DNA of 64,000 nucleotides from Brevibacterium luteolum. Lineage in GTDB: Bacteria > Actinomycetota > Actinomycetes > Actinomycetales > Brevibacteriaceae. Each line of letters opens with the position of its first letter. Within the stretch, counting starts at the first letter, position 1. Positions 10,280-20,223 of this stretch are shown one piece after another. Position numbers and translations under genes: made by a program. Below the pieces are notes generated by a model. It searched no databases and was not told where the DNA came from. It saw only the letters and a program-made list of their open reading frames with translations. Location: the NCBI RefSeq assembly GCF_013004595.1, contig NZ_JABEMC010000003.1, forward strand, positions 310,001 through 374,000, read 5' to 3'.

Positions 10280-11839
10280 TCACACCTCATTCCTGTCGCG
10301 GTGGACTCGGGGACTGCTGTCCTCAAGTGTAGTGATGCCCAATGATTTCAACAGCTCATCGACGCTGCCGGCTGACTCGACGATCTCGCCGACGAGCTCC
10401 TTGGTGCCCTTGAGCGGGTACTTCATCGGCACCCGGACCAGCCGTTCGCCGCCGGTGGTGAAGACGAGGGAGTCCCAGCTGGCGGAGATGAGGGAGTCGG
10501 TGAACTTCTCGACCACGCGGCCGCGCAGGTAGGCGCGCGTGTCCTCCGGCGGGTTCTCCACGGCGTGGGCGACCTGCTCATCGGTGGTGAACCGCCGGAT
10601 CCGCCCGGCTGCCTCGAGCTTGTAGAACAGGCCCTTGGCCGGGCGCACGTCGTGGTACTGCACGTCGATGAGGGCGAGCTTCGGGTGGTTCCACGGCAGC
10701 GATTCGCGTTCCTGATAGCGGGTCAGCAGCTGCAGTTTGGCGACCCAGTCGATCTCGGCGGCAAGCCGCATCGGGTCCTCGGCCAGCTCGGTGAGGAATC
10801 TATCCCACATCTCGACTACCTCGACAGTGTCCTTATCTGCTGAGGCGCCCACCGCCTCGGCGGCGGCCTGCCAGTACAGCCGCTGGATCTCAATGGCGGT
10901 CATATGCGATCCGTCGGCCAGCTCCAGCGGGGCGGACAGGCTCAGGTCATGGGACACCTGCTGCAGGGCTGCGACCGGGTCGGCGAGTTCGATGCGCGGG
11001 CACCGGCCAGACTCGATGAGACCGAGGACGAGCGAGGTCGAACCGAAGCGCACAAGGGTGGCCGGCTCGGCCATGGTCGCATCGCCGATGATGACGTGCA
11101 GGCGCCGGTAGAGCAGCGGATCGGCGTGCGGTTCGTCGCGGGTGTTGACGATCGGCCGGCGCAGCGTCGTCTCGAGCCCGATCTCGGCTTCGAAGAAGTC
11201 CGCCCGCGAGGAGATCTGATAGCCCGGCTCCTCCCCCGAGGCACCGATCCCGACCCGGCCGGCTCCGCAGAGGATCTGCCGGGTGGTGAAGAACGGGATG
11301 AGGCAGGCGGCCAGCTCATCGAAGTCGACATTCCGGTCGACGAGGTAGTTCTCGTGCGCGCCGTAGCTTGCGCCCTTGGAGTCGGTGTTGTTCTTGTACA
11401 GATTGACCGGCTCCTCGCCACCGGCCAGCGCCTCGACCGAGCGCAGCGCCACGACATCCCCGGCCCGGTCCCACAGCACCACATCGCGCGGGGTCAGCGT
11501 CTCCGGTGAGGAGTACTCGGGGTGGGCGTGGTCGACGTAGTAGCGGGCGCCGTTCTCCAGCACCACGTTGGCCAGGTACTGGGCGTCCGGCTGCGCCTGC
11601 GGCAGGTGGGTCAGCTGCGAGATGTGGGCCTGGGCTTCGTTCATGATGAAGCCGCGGGCGTCAGCCAGCGGCGATTCGGTGTCGAAGTCCCAGAAGCTCT
11701 GAGAGGACTTCAGGCCCCGCGGACCTGCGTAGGCGTCGATGACGCGGGCGGAATCGCGCATCGGGTTGGCGTGCGGGCGACCGGGCTGAGAGATCCCGAA
11801 CTCGGTCTCCGCTCCCATGACCCGTGTGACACTCAGCAT
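10280..11839 (-). CDS. dop: Depupylase/deamidase Dop
   Basis: [48 protein letters not shown]. Confidence 0.97.
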   Translation of the reverse strand: MLSVTRVMGAETEFGISQPGRPHANPMRDSARVIDAYAGPRGLKSSQSFWDFDTESPLADARGFIMNEAQAHISQLTHLPQAQPDAQYLANVVLENGARYYVDHAHPEYSSPETLTPRDVVLWDRAGDVVALRSVEALAGGEEPVNLYKNNTDSKGASYGAHENYLVDRNVDFDELAACLIPFFTTRQILCGAGRVGIGASGEEPGYQISSRADFFEAEIGLETTLRRPIVNTRDEPHADPLLYRRLHVIIGDATMAEPATLVRFGSTSLVLGLIESGRCPRIELADPVAALQQVSHDLSLSAPLELADGSHMTAIEIQRLYWQAAAEAVGASADKDTVEVVEMWDRFLTELAEDPMRLAAEIDWVAKLQLLTRYQERESLPWNHPKLALIDVQYHDVRPAKGLFYKLEAAGRIRRFTTDEQVAHAVENPPEDTRAYLRGRVVEKFTDSLISASWDSLVFTTGGERLVRVPMKYPLKGTKELVGEIVESAGSVDELLKSLGITTLEDSSPRVHRDRNEV

Positions 11840-11882
11840 GTCCTCCTCCTGTCTGCCGCCGGCGCGGACGTAGAATCGTTGC

Positions 11883-12260
11883 GTGGCTGCAAAGAAATCA
11901 TCTCACCTGTTCATCGCCATCGTCGTCGACGCGTGCCTGGTCGCGCTGTTCACGGTCGTCGGCCACTACACGCACCACCAGTCGCTGGTGCCCGAGCAGA
12001 TCCTCGGCACCGCCTGGCCGTTCCTCGCCGGGCTCGTCATCGCCTGGCTGCTCAACGCCGTCTGGGCCGCCCCGCTCGCGCCGCTGCGCACCGGCACCGG
12101 CCTGTGGGCGACGACCGTGCTGCTCGGTCTTGTGATCCGGGCGCTGACCGGCGAGGGCACCGAGGGCCCGTTCATCGTCGTGGCCGCCAGCCTCAACCTC
12201 GTCACTCTCGTCGGCTGGCGGGTCATCGCCACCGCCGTAGCCGGACGCTCGGCGCGCTGA
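11883..12260 (+). CDS. DUF3054 family membrane protein
   Basis: Four TM helices, D..LV..F..VG...H and TAWPFLAG motifs; TAGAAT at 11871-11876 just before GTG. Confidence 0.8.
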   Translation: MAAKKSSHLFIAIVVDACLVALFTVVGHYTHHQSLVPEQILGTAWPFLAGLVIAWLLNAVWAAPLAPLRTGTGLWATTVLLGLVIRALTGEGTEGPFIVVAASLNLVTLVGWRVIATAVAGRSAR

Positions 12261-12279
12261 GCTGACGGGCAGCCCCGGC

Positions 12280-14004
12280 TCACAGCAGGTCCGGGTCCGG
12301 GGTCGCGGTCTCCGGTTCGCCCACCGTGCCCGGGGCGGCGCGCACCTCGGCGTCGAGCTGCCGGTCGCGTTCGGCTCGCGCATCGGCCTCAGCAGCCTGT
12401 GAGCGCTGCTGGCCGAGCATCCGCAGGTGGGTGACGCGCTCGCCCTTGCGGCCGGAGATTCGCGACCACTCATCCGGGTTCGAGGTGTTGGGCAGGTCCT
12501 CATGTTCGGAGAACTCCTCGACGATCGCCTGCTCAAGGTGCTCCCAGCTGATGCCGCGCTGCCCGTCGGCCAGCAGCGCCTTGATCGCATGCTTCTTCGC
12601 CCGGTCGACGATGTTGGAGATCATCGCACCGGAAGCGAAGTCCGAGTAGTACAGCACCTCGGCGCTGCCGTCAGCGTAGGTGACCTCGACGAACTCGTTC
12701 TCCTCGCTGTGGGCGTACATCCGCTCCACACACCGCCAGATGAGCGCCTCGACGGCCTGCACGCGTGAGCCCTCGACAGCGTCGAGCACCGTCTCGTGCA
12801 GCGGAAGCTCCGGCACGAGGTACTTCGAAAAGATCTCGGCAGCACCAGAGCGGTCCGGGCGCTGGATGCGGATCTTGACGTCGAGCCGGCCTGGGCGCAG
12901 GATCGCTGGGTCGATGAGGTCCTCGCGGTTCGAGGCACCGATGACGATGACGTTCTCTAGCTGCTCGACACCGTCGATCTCGGCCAGCAGCTGCGGGACG
13001 ATCGTCGTCTCGACATCGGACGACTTGCCGGTGCCGCGAGTGCGGAACAGCGACTCCATCTCATCGAAGAACACAACGACCGGTGAACCGGCTGTCGCCT
13101 TCTCCCGTGCCCGGGCGAAGATGAGCCGCAGCTGGCGTTCGGTCTCGCCGACGTACTTGTCGAGCAGCTCAGGGCCCTTGATGTTGAGGAAGTACGAACG
13201 CGTCGTCGCATCTCCGCGGCGCTGAGCCAGGGAGTGGGCAACGGCCTTGGCGATGAGCGTCTTGCCGCAGCCGGGCGGACCGTAGAGCAGGATGCCCTTG
13301 GGCGGCTTGAGGCCGTGCTCGGTGTAGAGTTCCGGATGCTCGAAGGGCATTTCGACAGCATCCTGGATCATGTCGATCTGGGCTTCCAGACCGCCGATGT
13401 CGTTGTACGAGATGTCCGGGACGGCCTCGAGCAGCAGCGAGGACACCTCGGGCTTGGCGATCTTCTCGTAAGCGAACCGGGTGCGGGTGTCGACGAGCAC
13501 GGCGTCACCGGGACGCACGCCCTCCTCCTGCAGCACAGCTGAGAGAATGTAGACCTGCTCGTCGTCTCCGGGGGTGCCGATGAGGATCCGGTCATCGCTC
13601 ATCACCTCGCGGACGGTGACGACATCGCCGACCCGGTTGTAGTCACAGGCTTCGAGCGCGACGAGCCCTTCGGACAGGCGCACCTGGATGCCCGGGCGCA
13701 GCTCAGCGGTGTCGAGCTCTGTCGAGATCGCCACGCGCATCCGGCGCCCGGAGACGTGGACGTCGAGTTCGGGGACGCCTTCAGCGTCGGTGACGACTTC
13801 CAGGACGGTGCCGAAGGAGTTCGGCGGATCGGACATCCGCTCGGCTTCGGTGCGGATCCGGGCGAGTTCGTCGCGTGCCTGGCGCAGTGTCTTCGTCAGA
13901 GCCTCGTTGCGCTTCGAGGCGTTGAACAGCTGCTGGCGCAGCTGGGCTGAGTCCTTGCGCAGCTTGGCAAGATCCGCGGTGGGATCCGGGGTGGTGGGGC
14001 TCAC
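12280..14004 (-). CDS. arc: Proteasomal AAA+ ATPase ARC/Mpa
   Basis: N-terminal coiled coil, GPPGCGKT Walker A, VVFFDE Walker B, EDLPNTSNPDEWSRISGRKGER. Confidence 0.96.
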   Translation of the reverse strand: MSPTTPDPTADLAKLRKDSAQLRQQLFNASKRNEALTKTLRQARDELARIRTEAERMSDPPNSFGTVLEVVTDAEGVPELDVHVSGRRMRVAISTELDTAELRPGIQVRLSEGLVALEACDYNRVGDVVTVREVMSDDRILIGTPGDDEQVYILSAVLQEEGVRPGDAVLVDTRTRFAYEKIAKPEVSSLLLEAVPDISYNDIGGLEAQIDMIQDAVEMPFEHPELYTEHGLKPPKGILLYGPPGCGKTLIAKAVAHSLAQRRGDATTRSYFLNIKGPELLDKYVGETERQLRLIFARAREKATAGSPVVVFFDEMESLFRTRGTGKSSDVETTIVPQLLAEIDGVEQLENVIVIGASNREDLIDPAILRPGRLDVKIRIQRPDRSGAAEIFSKYLVPELPLHETVLDAVEGSRVQAVEALIWRCVERMYAHSEENEFVEVTYADGSAEVLYYSDFASGAMISNIVDRAKKHAIKALLADGQRGISWEHLEQAIVEEFSEHEDLPNTSNPDEWSRISGRKGERVTHLRMLGQQRSQAAEADARAERDRQLDAEVRAAPGTVGEPETATPDPDLL

Positions 14005-15062
14005 TGGTCCTCCTTCGCGGTGGGGTCGTCGTTGGCGGCTGCCGCCGTCTCTTCGGCGGCGTCCTCGGCCTTCTGCCGGGATCCGACCTCGCGCTTGAGG
14101 CGGCGCATCTTCTTGCCGGTTGCGTACCGGTGGCCGATGGTCTCGTCGGTGAACTCTCCGCCTTCCCAGTGGGCGCGGTCCTCAGCACTGGGTTCGGAGC
14201 CCTGCGGGCGCTTCTTGCGCTCGAGCGGGTCGACGCCGGGAGCGAGCCGGCGGGCGAAGAGCAGGAACCCGGTGTGGCCGATCATCCGGTGGACTGGGCG
14301 CACCGCCAGTCCTTCGAGGTGCCAGTCGCGGATCATCGACTCCATCGCGTGCGGTTCGGTGTACATGCGGGTGGCGCGGATCGCCTCGGCGGTGCGCGAG
14401 AGCTGGGTGGCGGTGGCGACGTAGATGGTCAGCACTCCCCCGGGAATGAGGGCCTCGGTGACGGCCGACAGGCATTCCCATGGGGCGAGCATGTCGAGGA
14501 CGACCCGGTCGACTTCGCCGGGTCCGAAGGCCTTCGGCAGCTCCTGGGCGAGATCGCCGGTGGTGCACGACCATGCCGGGTGCTCCCCGCCGAAGAAGTC
14601 AGCGATGTTGCCGGCGGCGATCTCTGCGAAGTCCGGACGCATTTCGAAGGAGTGGACGCGGCCCTGGTCGCCGACCGCGCGCAGCAGCGACAGGGTCAGG
14701 GCACCGGAGCCGACACCGGCTTCGACGACGACTGCGCCGGGGAAGATGTCGCCGAGCGTGGTGATGAGCGCGGCGTCCTTCGGGTAGATGACGGCCGCTC
14801 CGCGCGGCATCGACAGCACGAAGTCCTCCAGCAGCGGGCGCAGCGCCTGGTAGGCGGTGCCGCTGGAGTTGCGCACGACGACGCCCTCGGGCTGGCCGAT
14901 GAGCTGGGCGTGGTCGAGCGTGCCGGTGTGGGCGTGGGTGGTGCCGTCTGGAGTCAGCACGATCGTCTGCAGTCGACCCTTCGGGTCGGTCAGCTGGACC
15001 TTGTCGCCGATCCGGAAGGGGCCGCGCCGCACGGGCGCGCCGGAAGCCTGCTGTGCATTCAT
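14001..15062 (-). CDS. trmI: tRNA (adenine58-N1)-methyltransferase
   Basis: SMPRGAAVIYPKD, VVEAGVGSGAL, LDMLAPW, GHTGFL. Confidence 0.95.
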   Translation of the reverse strand: MNAQQASGAPVRRGPFRIGDKVQLTDPKGRLQTIVLTPDGTTHAHTGTLDHAQLIGQPEGVVVRNSSGTAYQALRPLLEDFVLSMPRGAAVIYPKDAALITTLGDIFPGAVVVEAGVGSGALTLSLLRAVGDQGRVHSFEMRPDFAEIAAGNIADFFGGEHPAWSCTTGDLAQELPKAFGPGEVDRVVLDMLAPWECLSAVTEALIPGGVLTIYVATATQLSRTAEAIRATRMYTEPHAMESMIRDWHLEGLAVRPVHRMIGHTGFLLFARRLAPGVDPLERKKRPQGSEPSAEDRAHWEGGEFTDETIGHRYATGKKMRRLKREVGSRQKAEDAAEETAAAANDDPTAKEDQ

Positions 15063-15144
15063 ATGCTCTCCACTCTAGTCCCTGGCCCGACCGCCTGGTC
15101 AGGTCTCTCACTGCGTGAACGCAGGCGTCGCGGTGGCTGGCAGC

Positions 15145-16323
15145 TCAGTCGGCGAGGAGTTCGTCGAAGAACTCCTGTAAGTCGATGACACCGGTGAGGG
15201 TCGAGCCGCGCATCACCATGCAGTACGCGGCCTTCGGCCGGTGGGTCAGCGATTCGAGCAGGTGCGGGGCCGTGATGTCTTCCGGTACGCCGATCCACCC
15301 GCCGAAGGGCCGGGCGAAATCGGCGATCATCTCAGTGCGCTGCGCCCCGATCGGCACCTGCGAAGCGGCGTGGCGATCGAGGAACGCATACGGCAGCCCG
15401 CGCTCGTTGAGCACGACGATGATCACTGAGGGGCCCTTGCCCAGCGAGTCGGCGAAGCCGAGGGTCTGCTCGATGGTCGAATCGTGGGTGGCGGCGATCG
15501 CCGGCTGGATGACGGAGCGCAGATCGTAGGTCTCCATGCGGCGGGCGCGTTTGGCTTGGGTGACGGCGTCGCTGGCGGAGAACCACAGCATGAACGCGAT
15601 CGCCGACATCCACAGCACGGTGATGAGGTCGGGGCGCTCACCGCGCAGCAGCGGGGTGACGACAGCCCAGAAGACGAATCCGGTGGCGATGATCCGCCCG
15701 ATCCAGGCGGCGATGACGGTGCCGAGGTACTGGCTGCTGGTGCCGCGCCAGATGAGCGCCTGGATCGCCCAGCCGCCGTCGAGCGGGATGCCCGGCAGCA
15801 GGTTGATGATGCCCAGTGCCGCATTGGCGAACGTGACGGCGATGAGCAGCAGCCACGCCACCGATGACTGTTCGAAGGCGCCCATGGCCAGCCAGCCGAG
15901 ACCGGCGAGGACGAGGTTGATGACCGGGCCGACGACGGAGATGATGAAGCTCGTCGAGGCCGCTCGCTTCGGATCCTCTTCGATCTTGGGTTCGAACCGG
16001 GTGAAGCCGCCCCAGATGTTCAGCTCGATCGCAGCGACCTTCTGCCCGACAGCAGCTCCTGCGATGGCGTGGGCGAGTTCGTGGAGGAAGACGGAAGCGA
16101 AGAGGAACACCGCGTAGGCGAATGCGACGATCCAGGCGAGGATCCCGAGGTCGGGCCGGACGCTGGAGACCCATGGGGCGAAGAGCACCGTGATGATGAC
16201 TGCGGCGATGAACCAGGACCAGGCGAGGACGACGGGAGCGCCGAAGACCCGGCCGATGATGAGCCCGTTCGACGCCCCGGTGCGTTTGGCCGGGGGGTTT
16301 GGCTTCGTGCTCGCCTCAGTCAT
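15145..16323 (-). CDS. Site-2 protease (M50 family)
   Basis: HELAH zinc motif, NLLPGIPLDGG; start chosen at the ATG 7 nt after TAGGAT. Confidence 0.9.
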   Translation of the reverse strand: MTEASTKPNPPAKRTGASNGLIIGRVFGAPVVLAWSWFIAAVIITVLFAPWVSSVRPDLGILAWIVAFAYAVFLFASVFLHELAHAIAGAAVGQKVAAIELNIWGGFTRFEPKIEEDPKRAASTSFIISVVGPVINLVLAGLGWLAMGAFEQSSVAWLLLIAVTFANAALGIINLLPGIPLDGGWAIQALIWRGTSSQYLGTVIAAWIGRIIATGFVFWAVVTPLLRGERPDLITVLWMSAIAFMLWFSASDAVTQAKRARRMETYDLRSVIQPAIAATHDSTIEQTLGFADSLGKGPSVIIVVLNERGLPYAFLDRHAASQVPIGAQRTEMIADFARPFGGWIGVPEDITAPHLLESLTHRPKAAYCMVMRGSTLTGVIDLQEFFDELLAD

Positions 16324-16391
16324 GTCCACCATCCTAAAGGGGATGCCCTGCTGACTTTGAGCGCCCATGCCGAGGACAGACCGGTCAGTGA

Positions 16392-16413
16392 TGTCAGCGG
16401 TGGCCGGTAGGGT
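16392..16413 (+). promoter_or_regulatory. PafBC-dependent (RecA-NDp-type) promoter of the RecB-like nuclease
   Basis: TGTCAG-N10-TA-GGG-T versus the known TGTCGG-N10-TA-N3-T consensus; ATG 7 nt downstream. Confidence 0.75.
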
Positions 16414-16420
16414 TTCGGGT

Positions 16421-17254
16421 ATGGCCAAACTCGTCGCGCTCTCTCCGTCCCGGGCCAATGACTTCGTCCAGTGCCCGCTGAAGTTCCGCTTCCGCACGGT
16501 CGACAAGATTCCCGAGCCGCTGTCACCGGTCGCCTTCCGCGGCACCCTCGTCCACGCGGTGCTCGAACGCCTCTTCGACGCGGTCGCTCCCGAACGGACG
16601 TGGGAGAAGACGATTGAGCTGCTTCCCATCGAGCTGAACCGGCTGACTGACGAGGACGGGCGCGTCGCTGAGCTCTTCCCCGATGAGGAGGATCGCCGCC
16701 GGCTGCTCAACGAGTCAGCCGAGCTGTGCCGGTCGTACTTCGCGTTGGAGATCCCGCAGATGCTCGAACCGGATCGGCGTGAGGAGTTCGTGCAGGTGCC
16801 GCTCGAAGGCGGTCCGGTGCTACGCGGGTTCATCGACCGCGTCGATGCCGCCCCGGGCGGGGCGGTGCGGCTCGTCGACTACAAGACCGGCAAGCAGCCC
16901 AAACCGCAGTACGGCCGTGAGGCTGATTTCCAGATGCGCTTCTATGCCCTCATGCACTACCTGGCAGAGGGCCAGCTTGTGCACACCCTCAAGCTGCTCT
17001 ACCTCGGTTCGCGCAGCTCGATCGACATGCAGCCGACGATGGGTGACATCGAGCGCACCGAGTTCGAAGTTCGCGGCATCTGGAATGAGATCACCGATGC
17101 CGCTCAGACCGGGCGCTGGCGTCCGCGGCGTTCCCCGCTGTGCAACTGGTGCTCGTTCAAGCCGATGTGCCCGGCATGGGGCAATACACCTCCAGAGGCT
17201 CCGGCGATCACCGAGATCGCCGGTGCCGACCTGCTCTCAGGCACCACCGACTGA
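16421..17254 (+). CDS. RecB-family PD-(D/E)XK exonuclease with Fe-S-type Cys residues
   Basis: LSPSRANDFVQCP, RGFIDRVD, VDYKTGK, LCNWCSFKPMCP. Confidence 0.9.
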   Translation: MAKLVALSPSRANDFVQCPLKFRFRTVDKIPEPLSPVAFRGTLVHAVLERLFDAVAPERTWEKTIELLPIELNRLTDEDGRVAELFPDEEDRRRLLNESAELCRSYFALEIPQMLEPDRREEFVQVPLEGGPVLRGFIDRVDAAPGGAVRLVDYKTGKQPKPQYGREADFQMRFYALMHYLAEGQLVHTLKLLYLGSRSSIDMQPTMGDIERTEFEVRGIWNEITDAAQTGRWRPRRSPLCNWCSFKPMCPAWGNTPPEAPAITEIAGADLLSGTTD

Positions 17255-17278
17255 GCCAGGCTGCAGGATCCTGCAGCC

Positions 17279-17983
17279 TCAGTGGCCGTCGTCGGACTGC
17301 TGGGCGTCAGCGACGCCGGGCCCGTGCGGGACGGCTTCGCCGATGAGACCGTCGAGCGACTGGGCGCTCATCCCCTCCAGGGTCGGCACGAGCCGCCGGC
17401 CAGGCTGTTCGGGAATCGGCACCAGATGCGGCACCCCGAAGGCGATGGTGCCTGCGGACTCGGCACTCGTGAGTCCTGGGACGGAGTCCTCGAACGCCAC
17501 ACACGCCTCAGGTGCCACGCCGAGGTGTGCGGCGCCGATGAGATACGGCGCCGGATCCGGTTTGCCGGCCGGCACCTCGTCGCCGGTGACCAAGGCTGCG
17601 AACGCACCCTCCGGGCAGGCGGCGGCGACGGCCTCGGCGAGCCGCCGATACGACATCGTCACCAGCGCGCACGGCACATTGTTGGCCTGCAGGTCTGCCA
17701 GCAGCTCACGGGCTCCGGGCCGGAACGGCACATGCTCGCCGATGAGCTCGATGACCCGGTCGAGGAGCAGTTCGACGATCTCCTCAGCCGGCAGCGTCAG
17801 GCCGTGGGCGATGAGGATGTGGGCAGAGGTCAGCAGCTCGTTACCGACCATGAGCATGCCCTTCTCCTCGTCCCAGTCGAGGCCGTGGGCGTGCATGAGC
17901 TCCGTTTCGGCGGTGATCCAGTACGGTTCGGTGTCGACGAGAGTGCCGTCCATGTCCCACAGGACTGCCGAGTAATGTCGCAT
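17279..17983 (-). CDS. HAD family phosphatase
   Basis: WDMDGTLVDTE, GKPDPAPY, FEDS motifs. Confidence 0.92.
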   Translation of the reverse strand: MRHYSAVLWDMDGTLVDTEPYWITAETELMHAHGLDWDEEKGMLMVGNELLTSAHILIAHGLTLPAEEIVELLLDRVIELIGEHVPFRPGARELLADLQANNVPCALVTMSYRRLAEAVAAACPEGAFAALVTGDEVPAGKPDPAPYLIGAAHLGVAPEACVAFEDSVPGLTSAESAGTIAFGVPHLVPIPEQPGRRLVPTLEGMSAQSLDGLIGEAVPHGPGVADAQQSDDGH

Positions 17984-18006
17984 GCCTCCTAGCGTAGTCT
18001 GTGCCC

Positions 18007-18843
18007 ATGGACTTTCTGCCTCCCTCCGATCGCTGGCTGCGGATCATCGCCGTCGAAGGTATGGATGACGCAGGTCAGAGCGCCGTTGACGCCGCGCACC
18101 ACCTCGTCGAGGCGTGGGATCTGCGCCCGGCTGAGGACCTGCTGACCGATGGCTACTACGACTACACGCTGGTGCGCCCGCGGCTGCGCCGCTCCGGTAT
18201 GAGCGCTGAAGTCGAATGGCCGTGCATCGAGACCTATACCGGGACGGTGCCGGGCACGCCGATCAACGTCATCGTCATGATCGGACCGGAACCGACCTTC
18301 TACTGGGCTGATGCCTTCGAGGTGCTGCTCGACGGCGCGCGTTCCGGCGACCGGGTGGTGCTCATCAGCGGTGCCGCCGCGGCGGTCTCCCACCGCCGGC
18401 CGCTGCCGGTGGCGGTCACGAGCGAGCAGTCCGACATCGTCTCCGCCTACGACGGCGTCGAATCGGCCTACGGTGAAGGAACCGCTGGCCTGCTGGAGAT
18501 CTTCGCCGTCATGCTCGCCGAGCAGCGCATCCCGGCGGTCACCCTGACGGTGTCCGTGCCCGGATATGTCGCCGGCACCACCTCGCCGAAGGCGATCCTG
18601 TCGCTGCTCGGTGCTTTTGAGGACCTGACCGGGTTCGTCGTCCCCCAGCACGATCTCGTCGAGGATGCCCGCGCCTGGGAGTTCGGTGTCGAGGAGTTCG
18701 TCGAGGCCAACCCCGACCTGCAGGATCACGTCGAGCACCTCGAATCGGTCGCTGAGACCTCCGAGCTGCCCGAAGCCAAGGGCGAGGCGATCGCCCGCGA
18801 GTTCGAGCGCTACCTGCAGCACCGGCGCCGCGACGGAAGCTGA
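18007..18843 (+). CDS. PAC2 family (proteasome assembly chaperone-like) protein
   Basis: EGMDDAG, YDYTLVRP, GPEP, VPGYV, IAREFERYL. Confidence 0.8.
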   Translation: MDFLPPSDRWLRIIAVEGMDDAGQSAVDAAHHLVEAWDLRPAEDLLTDGYYDYTLVRPRLRRSGMSAEVEWPCIETYTGTVPGTPINVIVMIGPEPTFYWADAFEVLLDGARSGDRVVLISGAAAAVSHRRPLPVAVTSEQSDIVSAYDGVESAYGEGTAGLLEIFAVMLAEQRIPAVTLTVSVPGYVAGTTSPKAILSLLGAFEDLTGFVVPQHDLVEDARAWEFGVEEFVEANPDLQDHVEHLESVAETSELPEAKGEAIAREFERYLQHRRRDGS

Positions 18844-18904
18844 GACGGCACCGGCCCGGCACCATCAGGTGCAGGGCCGGTCGTCAGTTCCGAGGCAGAA
18901 GCCC

Positions 18905-20137
18905 TCAGAGCTTGATGCCAAGGAGCGCGTCGATGGCCTCGACGATCTCCTCGGTGTCGGCCCGTGAGCCCTCGCTGCTCGTCGTGGCAGCCCACCGGTC
19001 GAGGGTCGACAGGGCTGAGGGCGTGTCGAGGTCGTCGCTGAGGTCGTGGCGCACATCGTCGATGACGTCAGCGGCGCTGACCGTCGAGCCGAGTTCGGCG
19101 GCCTTGCGCCACGTGGCCAGGCGCTGCTGGGCCTGCTCGAGCACCTCGTCGGAGTAGCTCCAGTCGCAGCGGTAGTGGTGGGCCAGCAGGGTCAGCCGCA
19201 CGGCCATCGGGTCGACACCGGATTCGCGCAGCTTGGAGACGAAGACGAGGTTGCCGCGGGACTTGCTCATCTTCTCGCCCTCGTAGCCGACCATGCCGGT
19301 GTGCATGAACACCTGCGCGAACGGCTCACCGGTCAGCGCGGTCGCATGGGCTGCGCACATCTCGTGGTGCGGGAAGATGAGGTCTGAGCCGCCGCCCTGG
19401 ATGGTGAGCGGGAAGCCGAGGTACTCATTGGCGATGGCCGCGCATTCGATGTGCCAGCCGGGTCGGCCGGGACCGAGCTCGCCGCCGTCCCAGGACGGTT
19501 CGCCTTCGCGTTCGGCGCGCCACAGCAGCGCATCGAGCGGGTCCTCCTTGCCGGGTGTGTCCGGGTCTCCTCCGCGTTCGCCGAACAGCCGCATCATCGT
19601 CTCGCGGTCGTAGTGCGATTCCGAGCCAAAGGCCGGTTTGATCGCGGCGTTGACACGGTAGTACACGTCGCCGTTGTCGAGCCGGTAGGCGTAGCCGTTG
19701 TGCAGCAGCTCGGTCACGGCTGAGACGACGAGGTCGATGCTCTCGACGGCGCCGATGTAGTGGTCGGGGGCGATGACGCGCAGCGCTTCCATGTCGCCGC
19801 GGAACCGCTCGATCTCACCGTCGGCCAGATCCCGCCAGTCGACGCCGGTGGCGTCGGCCCGCTCGAGCAGCGGGTCGTCGATGTCGGTGATGTTCTGGAC
19901 GTAGGACACCTCCACACCGGCATCGCGCCACACTCGCTGCAGCACGTCGAAGGCCACATAGGTGGCGGCGTGACCGAGGTGTGTCGAGTCGTAGGGGGTG
20001 ATCCCGCAGACGTAGAGTCGCGCGACCTTCTCCTTGCCTGGCGCCTGTACGGGTCCCTGCTCTGCAGTGCAGTAGACGTCGGGGCCGCGGCCGGAGCTGG
20101 AGAGCCTGGGAACATCAGGAGATTGCCATGGTTTCAC
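18905..20137 (-). CDS. mshC: Cysteine--GlcN-Ins ligase MshC (mycothiol synthesis)
   Basis: [36 protein letters not shown]; no anticodon-binding domain; GTG start 6 nt after TATGCT. Confidence 0.93.
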   Translation of the reverse strand: MKPWQSPDVPRLSSSGRGPDVYCTAEQGPVQAPGKEKVARLYVCGITPYDSTHLGHAATYVAFDVLQRVWRDAGVEVSYVQNITDIDDPLLERADATGVDWRDLADGEIERFRGDMEALRVIAPDHYIGAVESIDLVVSAVTELLHNGYAYRLDNGDVYYRVNAAIKPAFGSESHYDRETMMRLFGERGGDPDTPGKEDPLDALLWRAEREGEPSWDGGELGPGRPGWHIECAAIANEYLGFPLTIQGGGSDLIFPHHEMCAAHATALTGEPFAQVFMHTGMVGYEGEKMSKSRGNLVFVSKLRESGVDPMAVRLTLLAHHYRCDWSYSDEVLEQAQQRLATWRKAAELGSTVSAADVIDDVRHDLSDDLDTPSALSTLDRWAATTSSEGSRADTEEIVEAIDALLGIKL

Positions 20138-20223
20138 GCTCCCAGCATACGAGTGAGTAATCAGCGACCTCAACACGGCCGAAATCCCGGCCCGCGGGAA
20201 CGGGAGGCGTCAGCGTGCCCAGG

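Noticed and set aside
18905..20137. Cysteinyl-tRNA synthetase
   Set aside because: CGITPYD motif, shorter length without an anticodon domain, and context identify MshC.
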